Source of the DNA: Trueperaceae bacterium
Lineage (GTDB): Bacteria; Deinococcota; Deinococci; Deinococcales; Trueperaceae
Direction: 5' to 3'
DNA: 64,000 bases
Assembly: GCA_965214405.1 (NCBI GenBank)
Contig: OZ243956.1
Span: forward strand, 3,136,001-3,200,000
Shown: one piece after another, positions 1 to 10,521 of the stretch
Numbering within the stretch: position 1 is the first letter of the stretch
Layout: the number at the start of each line of letters is the position of its first letter
Notes under the pieces: model-generated
Databases searched by the model: none
Told to the model about the DNA's origin: nothing
What the model saw: only the letters and a program-made list of their open reading frames with translations
Made by a program: the position numbers and the translations under genes

Positions 1-1356
1 AAGCTCGTGTTCCGCGCGCGTCACGTGGGACTCTACCACCTCGGGCGCGGGGCCGCCGAAGCCGCTCCGGCGGCGCACAAAGGTGTGGGGGTCGAGCGCG
101 TCGCGCAGCACGTCATCTTCTAAAAGGGGACCGCCGAGCGCGGTTAGGTCCGCCGCGGTGGCCTCTTGCAGAGTTCGCCCCTGTTGGCACAGATGCGTGA
201 CCAGCGCACCCGCCAAGCGGTGCGCCTCCTGAAAGCTCACGCCGAAACGGCGAACGAGTTCGTCAGCGAGTTCGGTGGCGGTGGTGTCGGTGCAGCGGGC
301 GCGGCGCTCGAGCTTGACTACATCAAACCTCCCCTCCTCGAGCGCCGCCGTAAGGAGCGCCAGCCCGCCGTCGAGCTGGATAAACAGGCTCACCAGCGCC
401 CCCTGGATGTCGGGGCCGAAATCGTTCAGGTCGGCGTACGGGATGTTGTGGCTCGAGTAGAGCACCATCTGCGAACTCCCGAGCGCGCGCGAGAAGCGGG
501 TGCGGGCGTGCTCGAGGGCGACCGGGTTGCGCTTTTGCGGCATGATGGACGAGCCCTGGACGAGTGAATCGGGAAGCATATAAAGCCCCTCCGAGGCCCA
601 CGCCAGCAGGTCGCTCGTAAATCTTGAAAGCGTCAGCGCGACGCTCTGCACCCCGCCCACAAAGGCCACCTGCCAGTCCGACGAGGCCACCGCGTCGTAG
701 GTGTTCGACACGGGCGCGTCGAAGCCGAGCAGCGTGGCAGTAAAGTGACGGTCAAGCGGGTGACTGCTCCCGGCCAACGCCGCCGCGCCCAGCGGGCAGG
801 TGTTGAGGTGCGCGTACGTCTCAAAGAGCCGCGTCACGTCGCGCGACAGCACGTTGTCGATGGCCGCCAAGTAGTGCGCCACCGTCGTTGGCTGACCGGG
901 CTGGTGGTGCGTTTGGGCGATGAGGAGCGTGTCAAAGTGCGCTCTAGCCTGTTCCAAGAGCGCCCCCCGCAAACGGCAGAGGTGTTCAACGAGCGTGAGC
1001 AAGAGTTCGCGCGTCCGCATTTTGTACACGGTCATGTCGAGGTCGTTGCGGCTCAAACCCAGCCGTAAGAAGCTTACCGCCTCCTCGCCTAGTTGGGTCT
1101 CGAGCCGCCTGTTAAACGCAAAATATAGGTCGGGAACCTCCGCGTCGTAAGCGGGCAGGGGCGCGTCTCGTAACTCCTGGAGGGCCGCCTCGAGCTTTTC
1201 TATCTCCTCCCCACGCGCCTGCGTCTCGTCCAGCCGCCCCACCGTCCGCACGTGCGCGGTCATCGCGTCCAAGAAGTGCTGCGAGAGGTGTTGCGCCGCG
1301 AAGCGGTAGTCGGGCATCAGCACGTGGTCGCGGTAGACGGCGTGAAAACGGGTCAC
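1..1356 (-). CDS. Argininosuccinate-lyase-like protein (fumarase/aspartase superfamily), 3' end runs off the window
   Basis: Not in the ORF track; translated by hand from GTG at 1356, which overlaps the upstream TGA. Reads MTRFHAVYRDHVLMPDY...LSRNDLDMT...CPLGAAALAG...GSSIMPQKRNP, the fumarate lyase signature. Confidence 0.85.
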   Translation of the reverse strand, partial: MTRFHAVYRDHVLMPDYRFAAQHLSQHFLDAMTAHVRTVGRLDETQARGEEIEKLEAALQELRDAPLPAYDAEVPDLYFAFNRRLETQLGEEAVSFLRLGLSRNDLDMTVYKMRTRELLLTLVEHLCRLRGALLEQARAHFDTLLIAQTHHQPGQPTTVAHYLAAIDNVLSRDVTRLFETYAHLNTCPLGAAALAGSSHPLDRHFTATLLGFDAPVSNTYDAVASSDWQVAFVGGVQSVALTLSRFTSDLLAWASEGLYMLPDSLVQGSSIMPQKRNPVALEHARTRFSRALGSSQMVLYSSHNIPYADLNDFGPDIQGALVSLFIQLDGGLALLTAALEEGRFDVVKLERRARCTDTTATELADELVRRFGVSFQEAHRLAGALVTHLCQQGRTLQEATAADLTALGGPLLEDDVLRDALDPHTFVRRRSGFGGPAPEVVESHVTRAEHEL

Positions 1357-2297
1357 GGCTCACTTCCCAATGACAGGTCCAAAAGCCGCGCCGCGTTGCC
1401 GCTGAAGATGTTTCTAACGTCCTCTTCCTTGAATGAAAGGTTGTAACACACCCGCAGTTGGTCTTGCAGATATCGGTATGAGAAGCCGCGCGGGAAGTAG
1501 CTCGAGTCCGTCCCGAAAATGATGCGCTCGGGACCCAAGGTCTCATAGGCCTTGCGGAAGAGGTCTTCCAGGGTTAGCGGATACGGCAGCCACCGCATCC
1601 ACTGGTTCGAGCCGGAGGTGTCCACGAATATATTGGGCAAACTCCAGGCGAGCGCCAGCACCTCGTCCCAGAAGTTCACGCCGAAGTGGGGGATGACAAA
1701 GGGGATTTCGGGGAAGTCTCGAGCGGTCTCGAACAGCGACAACGGATGGATGCGCGGATGACTCACCACGCCGCCCCCGCGCCCCAGCCAGCCGAAGTGA
1801 ATAAGGACCGGCAGACGGCGCTCTGCGCAGAACTCCCAGGTGCTCCGCAGGTCGGGGTGCTCAAACGGAACTTCGGTGAGGGGGCCGATGAGTTTGTAGC
1901 CCTTGAGCCCCTGTTCGTCCACCGCCCGCTTTAGCACCTCGCAGGCACCGGGCCGGAGCGGGTGGTGCGCGAAGCCGGTGAATTTGTCCGGGTGCTGCGC
2001 GACGAGGCTCGCCAGCCGTTCGTTGCCGCCGCCCGTCACGAAGTTCACCCGCCGGAGGCCGTAATGCTCGACCTCGCCCGCCCAGCGTTCTAGGGCCGCC
2101 TCGACCTCTTCCGGCGTTTTGGCAACCGGCTCGGGCGGCGCGGTGTCCCACTCGTTACGCATCCGCGCGGCGCGCGTTTCGGCGTAGGCGCTTAAGAGCG
2201 GGTGGCGGGGGGGTGGGGAAGGCTCGAGCCCCAGCGTATTTTCTATAGGAAAATGAGTGTGAAAATCGATGACGCTTAAGTGCGTGTAGTCGGGCAT
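1353..2297 (-). CDS. Amidohydrolase_2 family metal-dependent hydrolase/decarboxylase
   Basis: IDFHTH, LPVLIH, IPHFG and IFGTDS motifs. TAGAAT lies 6 nt before the ATG (leaderless-type). Confidence 0.85.
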   Translation of the reverse strand: MPDYTHLSVIDFHTHFPIENTLGLEPSPPPRHPLLSAYAETRAARMRNEWDTAPPEPVAKTPEEVEAALERWAGEVEHYGLRRVNFVTGGGNERLASLVAQHPDKFTGFAHHPLRPGACEVLKRAVDEQGLKGYKLIGPLTEVPFEHPDLRSTWEFCAERRLPVLIHFGWLGRGGGVVSHPRIHPLSLFETARDFPEIPFVIPHFGVNFWDEVLALAWSLPNIFVDTSGSNQWMRWLPYPLTLEDLFRKAYETLGPERIIFGTDSSYFPRGFSYRYLQDQLRVCYNLSFKEEDVRNIFSGNAARLLDLSLGSEP

Positions 2298-2398
2298 GGG
2301 TCCATTCTAAGTGAAAGGTTTGCCTTGCGCGCAGGCGCGTTCTGAAGTTTGGGGGGTGGGGAGAGTGCTTTCACTCTCCCCGGTAGAGGTGGCTCGAG

Positions 2399-5137
2399 CT
2401 ACTCCCCGCCCACCACCAAATTCGTAAAGAGCCGGTACGCGCCGGGCACGCCCGCGGGCAGTTCGCGGAAGAAAGCCCAACCCGCGTAGGTCCAGCGGCC
2501 TTCGCCGTACTCGGTAGTGAGAAGGCCGCCTTCAAAGGGCTCCATGCCGGTGTCAAAGCTCGACAAGAGCGGCGTGTAGCGTTTGTCCCACTCGCCGAGC
2601 CAGTAGAGCCCGCGCTCTTGCACCCAGCCCTCGAAGTCCTCTTGCGTGATGTCGTTGGGGTAGTTTAGGAGGACGTTGTCGGGCTCGAGCATCGTTACGG
2701 GCGCGTCCTCCTCGGTCACGCGGTTCCAGCTCATCGCGGTGGGGTAGGGTCCGGGGCCGCCTTCCATCACCCCGTCCCATTCGTATTTGTTGTACTGCAC
2801 GACTAAGTTGCCGCCCTCCTCGACGTAGGCCATCAGGCGGTCATGGTTAGCCACCAAATCTCCGCGGGTGAGGTAGGCGCGGACGCCCAGCACGATGCTG
2901 TCGTAGACGCTCAAGTCGGCGTTGGCAATCTGCTCGGGGCTCAGCATCTCGACCTCGAAACCGAGCGCCGTGAGCGCGTCGGCCACGCTGTCGCCCTCGC
3001 CCATCACGTAGCCCACGCGGAAGTTCTCAGGGACAGTCACGTCGAGGACGTTCACGGTCGCTGTCGCGGGGCTGTAGAGGGGGCGGTATCCGGTGTGCGG
3101 GTAGGAGATGAGGGTGTAACCCTCGTTGTACTCGCTGCCGCTGGTATCTCCATCAAGCGTCGCGGTGGCTGAAATCTCGTGGCGGTCGGCGGTGACGCCT
3201 TCGGGCGGCGTGACCGAAAAGGTAAGGAGGGTGGTGCCTTCTTCGCGCTCGAGCGTAAACGGCTGCGTCTCCGGCTCTACCACCCAGCCTTCGGGCGCGT
3301 CCAAGCGGACCTCGCCGCTGCTCGCCTCGGGCGCGTCGTTCTTGATTGTGACCTGAACGTCTATGGCCGTACCCGCGCTCGCTTCGGCTTCGGGCAAGAT
3401 GAGTTCATTGGGCGTCACGCTGAGGCTCACTCGAGGCACGACGCTCAAGAGCCGGTGCCGCTCGCCGTAGTTGGGGTCAGCCCAGCGGTACTCGACGGGC
3501 AGGCGCACTTCGACTTCCGCTCCGTCGGCCATCACTGTTGCCACGCCGTAGAGCTGCGGCGGGCAGTAGGCTAAGGTCACGCAGTCTTCGCGCTCCACCA
3601 CCACGTGTCCCGTGTAGGCGTCGGGCAGCCGCCAGTAGGGCCGGGTGAGTTGCGCGTCTTGAGGCACGCTTACGTTATAAAGGGCGTCGGCCTCTTCATT
3701 GTAAGCAAGGTCGGCTGGCGCGGTTTTGGCTGGTTCTGCGCCCTCTTCAGTTTCCGGTTCCGCTTCTGTGACCGTCCAGTCGGCGGGGGCCTCGAGCGCC
3801 AGCTCCTCCACCGTCACCGCTTGCGCGCCTTGATTGAGCGCGTCTACCGTCACTTCAAACGTCTGCCCCGGCACCACCACGGCGTCGCTGCTGAGCACGC
3901 GAACGTTGAGACCCAGGGCGTCTCTCGCCGCCTCGTTGAAGTCTTCGCGCTTCGCGTCAAGGTCGAACAGCAGCTCCGCTTTCGCGTCGTCCGGCAACGC
4001 GTCCGCCTCTATCTTTTCGATAAGCGCGTCTGTTGCCGCCAGCCCCCTAAGCACCGGCCCCGCCACCTCTTCGGGCGCTCGAGGGTCAAAGGCCTCAACC
4101 GCCTCCGTCGCCGCGGTTTGGATGGCTTCTAAATCGGACGCCAAATAAGCGGGCGCGTCTTCGAGACCCTGGCCGATGCCTGTGATGGTGGTGTTGATAC
4201 TGTCGAAAAAGCTCGTTTCCTTAGTCCCCGCTTCTCCCCCTGTGATTCCTCCTGTACCTGTTGCGGACAGATGACTTTCTAACAATGTGAAGTAGTTCGT
4301 CGTCGGCCCCGGCTCCTGCACGTTGCCCATCCCCTGCGAGCGGTGGTACGAGCGGCCTTCCAGGCCGATTTGCTGATACGTCCGCCCGAGCACCGGGTCA
4401 TAGTCGCCCGCGTTGATCGCCAGGCTGTCAGGGTCAATTTCGCCCTCGCCACCGCCCACGCCCGCGCTCAAGTAAAGCTTGTCGGCCTGCCAGGGGCGCA
4501 AGCCCTCCTCTAATTGCTCGGGAAAAGCCTCCGGGTCGGCGGCCATGTCGAACGCCTTGACGGTCAAGTACCCCGCCGCCTGGTGGTGGCCGTGTCCTAC
4601 GCGCTCGTCGGCGTGGAAGGTGACGACGACCTGGGGCCGGAAGGTGCGAATCACCCGGACGATGTCGTTTAGGGCGCGCTCCTCGCCCCATTTCTCGAGG
4701 GTTTCCTCGAGCGTGCGGCTATACCCGAAGTCATAGGTGGTGGTAAAAAACTGCTCCGCCCCGTCTATCTCACGAGCCGCCAAGAGTTCGTCGGTGCGAA
4801 TCACGCCCAGGCCGTCAAAAAGCTCCGGCCCGATTTGGTTCTGCCCGCCCTCGCCGCGGTTGAGCGACAAGTAGGCCGTTTCGACGCCCTCGCCGCGCGC
4901 CAAATAAGCCACCACGCCAGAGGGCTCGTCGTCTGGGTGCGCGCCCACGAGTAAAAAGCGCGCGGTTGTGGGCAGTTTCGTGACCGCCTCGTAAAGCCCC
5001 GCGGCCCCCCGGTCGTAGGGGCTTTCGGGCTCGTCGGCCAGCGCGAGCGGGAGCGCGCCCAGCAGCAGCGCCACCAGCAGCGCGCGCCACGTTACATTGA
5101 CACCTCTCTTGACCGTTTTTCTTTCGATTACCTTCAT
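2399..5137 (-). CDS. Secreted PIG-L/LmbE family deacetylase with NEW3-like Ig domains and a C-terminal GATase-like domain
   Basis: AHPDDE, RGEGGQN and HGHH motifs; signal peptide (LLVALLLGALPLALA). Start moved to ATG 5137, which follows the SD AGAGGAGG. Confidence 0.85.
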   Translation of the reverse strand: MKVIERKTVKRGVNVTWRALLVALLLGALPLALADEPESPYDRGAAGLYEAVTKLPTTARFLLVGAHPDDEPSGVVAYLARGEGVETAYLSLNRGEGGQNQIGPELFDGLGVIRTDELLAAREIDGAEQFFTTTYDFGYSRTLEETLEKWGEERALNDIVRVIRTFRPQVVVTFHADERVGHGHHQAAGYLTVKAFDMAADPEAFPEQLEEGLRPWQADKLYLSAGVGGGEGEIDPDSLAINAGDYDPVLGRTYQQIGLEGRSYHRSQGMGNVQEPGPTTNYFTLLESHLSATGTGGITGGEAGTKETSFFDSINTTITGIGQGLEDAPAYLASDLEAIQTAATEAVEAFDPRAPEEVAGPVLRGLAATDALIEKIEADALPDDAKAELLFDLDAKREDFNEAARDALGLNVRVLSSDAVVVPGQTFEVTVDALNQGAQAVTVEELALEAPADWTVTEAEPETEEGAEPAKTAPADLAYNEEADALYNVSVPQDAQLTRPYWRLPDAYTGHVVVEREDCVTLAYCPPQLYGVATVMADGAEVEVRLPVEYRWADPNYGERHRLLSVVPRVSLSVTPNELILPEAEASAGTAIDVQVTIKNDAPEASSGEVRLDAPEGWVVEPETQPFTLEREEGTTLLTFSVTPPEGVTADRHEISATATLDGDTSGSEYNEGYTLISYPHTGYRPLYSPATATVNVLDVTVPENFRVGYVMGEGDSVADALTALGFEVEMLSPEQIANADLSVYDSIVLGVRAYLTRGDLVANHDRLMAYVEEGGNLVVQYNKYEWDGVMEGGPGPYPTAMSWNRVTEEDAPVTMLEPDNVLLNYPNDITQEDFEGWVQERGLYWLGEWDKRYTPLLSSFDTGMEPFEGGLLTTEYGEGRWTYAGWAFFRELPAGVPGAYRLFTNLVVGGE

Positions 5138-5457
5138 ACAGCCTCCTCTACCAAAAACGAGTGGGTTTAAGTGCGTGTGACCGCTCTTTCTCCTTATGAA
5201 TTGGGGTGAGCAGGATGAAAGTTGATGCCCCTTGTGAAAGAGGTTCATTGTAAGTGAGGAGGAGGTGCGCGTCAAGGTGCGGCACAGGGCCAGAAACTTT
5301 GCGCGACGCTGATTTTCTGTGCAAGCTCTTTACACCTCATCTCTTCGGTTCCCGGTCTTGAGCTCTTACGCCCCACGGCTCGAGCTTGAGGACGTTTTGG
5401 CACCCGGATCCACTCAAGCGGTTGAATCTGGAACTGCCGCCCCTACCGCGGTTCAGC

Positions 5458-5486
5458 TTGCAATGGCCGCGAGTTTTTGTTATATC
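5458..5486 (+). promoter_or_regulatory. Putative sigma70-type promoter for the ABC operon
   Basis: TTGCAA-N17-TATATC. Confidence 0.4.
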
Positions 5487-5766
5487 TAGGAGTAAGTCAT
5501 AAGTCTTGGTACACGCTCTCGAGGGGTAATTTCTGAGAGCTACAGATCGGGGGGATTTTATCTAACAAAGCTTCCGGGGGGCGGTCGCAATCTGGCAACC
5601 AACCCTTCCGGCGCGCCTCCAACTGCGTTATGGAGGGAACCTATACAAAAACGACCCCATAGGCCTTACGTACCGACTGTTACGTAACCCATACGCCACT
5701 CATATGCCGCCCATACGCCAGACATCTGCAAAACTCACCCCTTGCTTGGGATTCAGGAGGAACATA

Positions 5767-7452
5767 GTGCTCAAATCAAGGTTTATAGGTTTTTTCATCG
5801 TTCTTGTGACGTTCGCCTTGACGCCCGTGTTGGCCCAGGACGACACGCCCAGAGGCGGCACGGTCATCATTAACGAAGCCCCCGCGGGGGCCTGGGTGCG
5901 CAACTTCAACCCCTTCGCCCCCGACCCCGCCGATCCCACCGGCTCGCTCATTTACGAACCGCTTATCTTGTGGAACCCGGTCGAGGGCGGCGCGCCGACC
6001 TACTGGCTGGCGACCGACTACAGCTACGGGGACGACCTTTTGTCGCTCACCTTCACCTTGCGCGACGGCGTCCTTTGGAGCGACGGCGAGGCTTTCAACG
6101 CCGACGACGTTGTTTTTACCTTTGACATGATCCAGGAGCACCCGGCACTCGACCGCGGGGCGCTCCTGGATTTTACCGAGAGTGCCGAGAAGGTTGACGA
6201 CCTCACCGTTCGCTTCAACTTGAGCAAAGTCTTTACCCAGGCCGAGACCGTGATCGGGCGGCTCAACATCGTCCCGGAACACGTCTGGTCGGAGCTCGAG
6301 GACCCGGTCACCTTCACCAACCCCGAGCCCGTCGCCACCGGCCCCTTCACCGAGGTGAGCACCTTTAGCGAGCAGGTGTTCGAGGTCTGCCGCAACGAGA
6401 ACTACTGGCAAGAGGGCAAGCCTTATGTGGACTGCCTGCGTTACCCGGCCTTTACGGGCGGCGACCCGGTCAACCTCGCGCTGATCAGCGGCGACATCGA
6501 CTGGGCGGGCAACTTCGTGCCGGATATTGACCTCACCTACGTTGCCGCCAACCCGGAGGACCACGGCTACTACTTCTGGCCCGGCGGCGCGGTCGTGCAG
6601 CTCTACCCCAACACCACCAAGGCCCCCTTTGACGACGTGGCGTTCCGGCGCGCGCTGAGCATGGCGGTTAACTACGAAGACATCGTGGACATCGGCATGT
6701 TCGGCTACACCGTACCCGCTAACGCCACGGGCCTGGGACCGGCGCACGAAACCTGGCTGAGCGAGGCGGCGTTAGAGCGTGCGGCCGAACTCGGCTTAGC
6801 GCGCTTCGACCCCGAGGCCGCCGCCGCGGCGCTTGACGAAGCGGGTTACGTCGACGCCGACGGCGACGGCTGGCGCGACATGCCCGACGGCAGCCCGCTG
6901 GCGTTCACCATCCAGTCGGTGAGCGGCTGGCCCGACTGGGCGAGCGTGGTCCAGATCATCAGTCAGAGCTACCAGGACTTAGGCCTTAACGCGACGGTTA
7001 ATTTTCCCGATTTCGGCCAGTGGCTCAACAACCTCCAGACCGCCGATTACGATGTGTCGATCGGCTGGAGCACCGCCGGGCGCACCCCCTACGACTTCTA
7101 CCGCAACGTCTTAGACCCTTCGCTTATCGGCGACGACGACCTCGCCAACGCCCAACTGTGGGCGCGCTGGACGAGCGACGAGGCCGCGGAGCTCCTAAGC
7201 GAATTTACCCAAACCGCCGACGAGAGCGAGCAGCGCGAGATTGTCGACCGGCTCCAGGAAATCTACGTCGAGAACTCCCCCGCCATCCCGCTCTTTCCGG
7301 GGCCGACCTGGTACGAGTACAACACGGGGCGTTTTACGGGCTTTCCCACCGAAGAGGACTACTACACCCAGGGCAGTCCCTGGGCCTTGGAATCGCGCCT
7401 CATCGTCGCCACCACCATTCACTGTGTGGACGAGGCGAGCTGTGGTCAGTAG
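5767..7452 (+). CDS. ABC transporter substrate-binding protein, family 5 (peptide/oligosaccharide)
   Basis: RNFNPF, WSDGEAFNADDVVFTF and TGPF motifs; signal peptide. GTG 5767 follows the SD AGGAGG. Confidence 0.9.
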   Translation: MLKSRFIGFFIVLVTFALTPVLAQDDTPRGGTVIINEAPAGAWVRNFNPFAPDPADPTGSLIYEPLILWNPVEGGAPTYWLATDYSYGDDLLSLTFTLRDGVLWSDGEAFNADDVVFTFDMIQEHPALDRGALLDFTESAEKVDDLTVRFNLSKVFTQAETVIGRLNIVPEHVWSELEDPVTFTNPEPVATGPFTEVSTFSEQVFEVCRNENYWQEGKPYVDCLRYPAFTGGDPVNLALISGDIDWAGNFVPDIDLTYVAANPEDHGYYFWPGGAVVQLYPNTTKAPFDDVAFRRALSMAVNYEDIVDIGMFGYTVPANATGLGPAHETWLSEAALERAAELGLARFDPEAAAAALDEAGYVDADGDGWRDMPDGSPLAFTIQSVSGWPDWASVVQIISQSYQDLGLNATVNFPDFGQWLNNLQTADYDVSIGWSTAGRTPYDFYRNVLDPSLIGDDDLANAQLWARWTSDEAAELLSEFTQTADESEQREIVDRLQEIYVENSPAIPLFPGPTWYEYNTGRFTGFPTEEDYYTQGSPWALESRLIVATTIHCVDEASCGQ

Positions 7453-7488
7453 AAGCGTGACGCGCTCGAGCTAAACCAGGTTGCAATC

Positions 7489-7512
7489 AGGGGTGGGTTC
7501 CGGCCCACCCCT
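7489..7512 (+). terminator. Intergenic hairpin (terminator or mRNA stabiliser) after the substrate-binding protein gene
   Basis: AGGGGTGGG-ttccgg-CCCACCCCT inverted repeat. Confidence 0.5.
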
Positions 7513-7564
7513 ACGCGATTTTGACATCAGGAAAAGCACCCTTGGCCCCTTCTAAAGGACGCAT

Positions 7565-8542
7565 ATGCGCTTTATTTTGAGAAAACTGGGCTTCTATTTA
7601 ACCGCCGCTTTCGTCGCCATCACGCTCAACTTCTTTATCCCCCGGATGATGACCGGCGACCCGGTGCAGCTTATGTTCGCCCGCTTTCAGGGGCGTCTGG
7701 ACCCCCGGACGCTGGACTCTCTCAAGGCGACGTTTGGCTTTGTCGACGGCCCGCTCATCAATCAGTATTTTGTCTACCTAGCCAACTTGTTTCGCGGCAA
7801 CTTAGGGCTTTCCATCTCGCAGTTTCCCACGCCCGTTATCGACGTGATCGGCTCGGGGTTGGCCTGGACGCTCCGCTTGGTGGGTTTAGCCACCATTATT
7901 GCGTTTACCCTGGGTATTTTGCTGGGAACGATAGCCGCCTGGCGGCGAGGCAAATTCATCGACAAGTACGTCCTGCCCGCCGCCGCCGTGCTCAACGCCT
8001 TTCCCTATTTTTGGATCGCGATGCTGGCGCTCTATTTCCTGGGCTTCAACCTCCGCCTTTTCCCGCTCAGCCACGCCTTTGATTTGTCGCTTAATCCGGA
8101 CTGGGGCTCGCCCAAGTTTATCGGCAGCGTCGTGAACCACGCCATTTTGCCCTCCTTGACCATCGTCGTGACCGCCTTTGGCGGCTGGATGCTGGGGATG
8201 CGCAACAACATGATCAGCGTGCTCGCCGACGACTACATCGTGATGGCGCAGGCCAAGGGCCTGCCCGACCGGCGGGTGATGCTCACCTACGCGGCCCGGA
8301 ACGCGATTTTGCCCAGCCTGACCGGCTTCGCCATGTCGCTCGGTTTTGTGATCGGCGGGGCGCTTCTTACCGAAATCGTTTTTTCCTATCCGGGCATGGG
8401 CTTTTTGCTCCTGCAGGCGGTGAACGCTCGAGACTTCCCGCTCATGCAGGGCATCTTTTTGATTATCACGATGACCGTCCTCGTCGCCAACCTCATAGCC
8501 GACATCACCTACGTCTTGCTCGACCCCAGGGCACGGACCTGA
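7565..8542 (+). CDS. ABC permease (DppB/OppB-like)
   Basis: AQAKGL...YAARNA EAA-like loop; EIVFSYPGMG; LDPR C-terminus. Confidence 0.9.
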   Translation: MRFILRKLGFYLTAAFVAITLNFFIPRMMTGDPVQLMFARFQGRLDPRTLDSLKATFGFVDGPLINQYFVYLANLFRGNLGLSISQFPTPVIDVIGSGLAWTLRLVGLATIIAFTLGILLGTIAAWRRGKFIDKYVLPAAAVLNAFPYFWIAMLALYFLGFNLRLFPLSHAFDLSLNPDWGSPKFIGSVVNHAILPSLTIVVTAFGGWMLGMRNNMISVLADDYIVMAQAKGLPDRRVMLTYAARNAILPSLTGFAMSLGFVIGGALLTEIVFSYPGMGFLLLQAVNARDFPLMQGIFLIITMTVLVANLIADITYVLLDPRART

Positions 8543-8580
8543 GATGAAGCTCCCCCAAAGACCTTTTTACGGAGGCGGTC

Positions 8581-9477
8581 ATGCAGTCCAGTAAAGCCAT
8601 CACCGAACACAACAGGACCTCACGCCGCATCCGGCTGCCGGGCTGGCTGACGCGGATTTTTCGCAACCGCAAGGCGGCGGTCGGCATCTCTATCTTGATC
8701 TTTTTCGTCGTGGTGGCGCTCCTTGCCGATGTTATCTCCCCGATAGACCCCAACCGGCGGGTCGCCAGGCCCAATCAGCCGCCGAGCGCCGAACATTACT
8801 TCGGCTCGTCGCGCCAGGGCCAGGACATTTTCGCCCAGGTGGTCCACGGCGCCCGCGTCACGCTGGTGGTCGGGTTTTTGACGGGCACCGTCATCATCGC
8901 CATCGCCGTCGCCGTCGGCTTGACCGCGGGCTACGCGGGCGGCTTGGTGGACGAGGCGCTGTCGCTCATCACCAACGTCTTTTTGATCATCCCCGGTCTG
9001 CCGCTCATCATCGTGGTGGCGGGCTGGCTCGAGAGCCCCGGCCCCTTAACCATCGTGCTGGTCTTGAGCTTGACGAGCTGGGCGTTCGGGGCCAGGGTGC
9101 TGCGCTCGCAGGCGCTTACTTTGCGCAACAGCGAGTTCGTCGCCGCCGCGAGGGTTTCGGGCGAGTCGGGCTGGCGCATCGTCCTGACCGAAATCCTACC
9201 TAACATGACTTCGCTGGTGGTCTCGAGCTGGATCGGCGCGGTGCTCTTCGCGATTCTGACCCAGGCCAGCTTAGAATTCATCGGCCTGGGCAACCCCAAC
9301 GCGGTGACCTGGGGGACCATCCTGTTCTGGGCGCAGTCGAACCAGGCGCTTCTGACCAAAGCCTGGTGGACCTTTGTCCCGCCGGGCGTCTGTATCGCGC
9401 TCGTGGGCCTGAGCTTAGTGCTCATCAATTACGGCATCGACGAAATCACCAACCCAAGGTTGCAGACGGAGAGTTGA
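8581..9477 (+). CDS. ABC permease (DppC/OppC-like)
   Basis: PPSAEHYFG, EFVAAARVSGE, TWGTIL and WW..VPPG motifs. Confidence 0.9.
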   Translation: MQSSKAITEHNRTSRRIRLPGWLTRIFRNRKAAVGISILIFFVVVALLADVISPIDPNRRVARPNQPPSAEHYFGSSRQGQDIFAQVVHGARVTLVVGFLTGTVIIAIAVAVGLTAGYAGGLVDEALSLITNVFLIIPGLPLIIVVAGWLESPGPLTIVLVLSLTSWAFGARVLRSQALTLRNSEFVAAARVSGESGWRIVLTEILPNMTSLVVSSWIGAVLFAILTQASLEFIGLGNPNAVTWGTILFWAQSNQALLTKAWWTFVPPGVCIALVGLSLVLINYGIDEITNPRLQTES

Positions 9478-9486
9478 GGGAGCCTT

Positions 9487-10521
9487 GTGAACCGTATGCG
9501 TACTGGGGCCGGTGAGACTGGAGCTGGTGAGAACGTAGATATTGCCCCGACCGAAGCGCTCTTGAGCGTCGAAGACTTACAGGTCGAGTACCGCGTCCGG
9601 CGCGGCGCGGTGCGCGCCGTGAACGGCGTGTCTTTCGACATCAAGCCCAACGAGGTGTTCGGCTTGGCGGGCGAGTCCGGCAGCGGCAAATCGACCATCG
9701 CCTACGCCGTCACCCGGCTTCACAAACCCCCGGCGCACATCGTCGGCGGCAGGGTGATGTTCCGGGGCGAGGATGTCCTCTCGTTGAGCGAGGAGGCGCT
9801 GCGGGCCTTTCGCTGGCGTCACGCGTCCATCGTTTTTCAGAGCGCCATGAACGCGCTCAACCCGGTGCTGAGTATCGGCGACCAGATTGTCGACGTGATC
9901 GTGGCGCACAAGGTGAGCGGCAAAAGGGAGGCCAGGGAGCGGGCCAAGAGCCTCTTACAAACGGTCGGTATCGACCCGAAGCGCGTCAGCAGCTACCCGC
10001 ATCAGCTCTCGGGCGGGATGCGCCAGCGCGCGGTGATCGCGCTCGCCCTGGCCTTGAACCCCGAACTCATCATCATGGACGAGCCGACCACCGCCTTGGA
10101 CGTGGTGGTGCAAAAACAGATCATGAAAGAGATTCGCCAGCTCAAAGAGCAGTTCGGCTTTTCGATCCTTTTTATCACCCACGACCTCTCGCTGCTCGTC
10201 GAGCTGTCCGACCGCATCGCCATCATGTACGCGGGCGAACTTATTGAGGTCGCGCCTGCTAGTGAAATCTTCCGCGCCGCCAAGCATCCCTATACGGAGC
10301 AACTGATGAACTCTTTTCCTACCATCCACGGCCCGCGCCGCGAACTCAAGGGCATCCCCGGCTCGCCGCCCGACCTCGTCTCGCCGCCCTCGGGGTGTAA
10401 GTTTCATCCGCGCTGTCATTTGGCGATCGAGGGCACCTGCGACGAAATCGAGCCGCCCCCCTACCGAACCGGGGCCGAGCACGTCGCCACTTGTCACCTG
10501 TTGGCGGAGGAGGCGGCGTGA
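9487..10521 (+). CDS. ABC ATPase (DppD/OppD-like)
   Basis: GESGSGKS, LSGGMRQR, DEPTTALD and a C-terminal Cys cluster. Confidence 0.92.
   Translation: MNRMRTGAGETGAGENVDIAPTEALLSVEDLQVEYRVRRGAVRAVNGVSFDIKPNEVFGLAGESGSGKSTIAYAVTRLHKPPAHIVGGRVMFRGEDVLSLSEEALRAFRWRHASIVFQSAMNALNPVLSIGDQIVDVIVAHKVSGKREARERAKSLLQTVGIDPKRVSSYPHQLSGGMRQRAVIALALALNPELIIMDEPTTALDVVVQKQIMKEIRQLKEQFGFSILFITHDLSLLVELSDRIAIMYAGELIEVAPASEIFRAAKHPYTEQLMNSFPTIHGPRRELKGIPGSPPDLVSPPSGCKFHPRCHLAIEGTCDEIEPPPYRTGAEHVATCHLLAEEAA

Noticed and set aside
5704..5766. ORF-track upstream starts (also 5275, 10491, 17374, 31712, 34008, 35073, 54329)
   Set aside because: Downstream starts have better SD or -10 support and match the families' N-termini.
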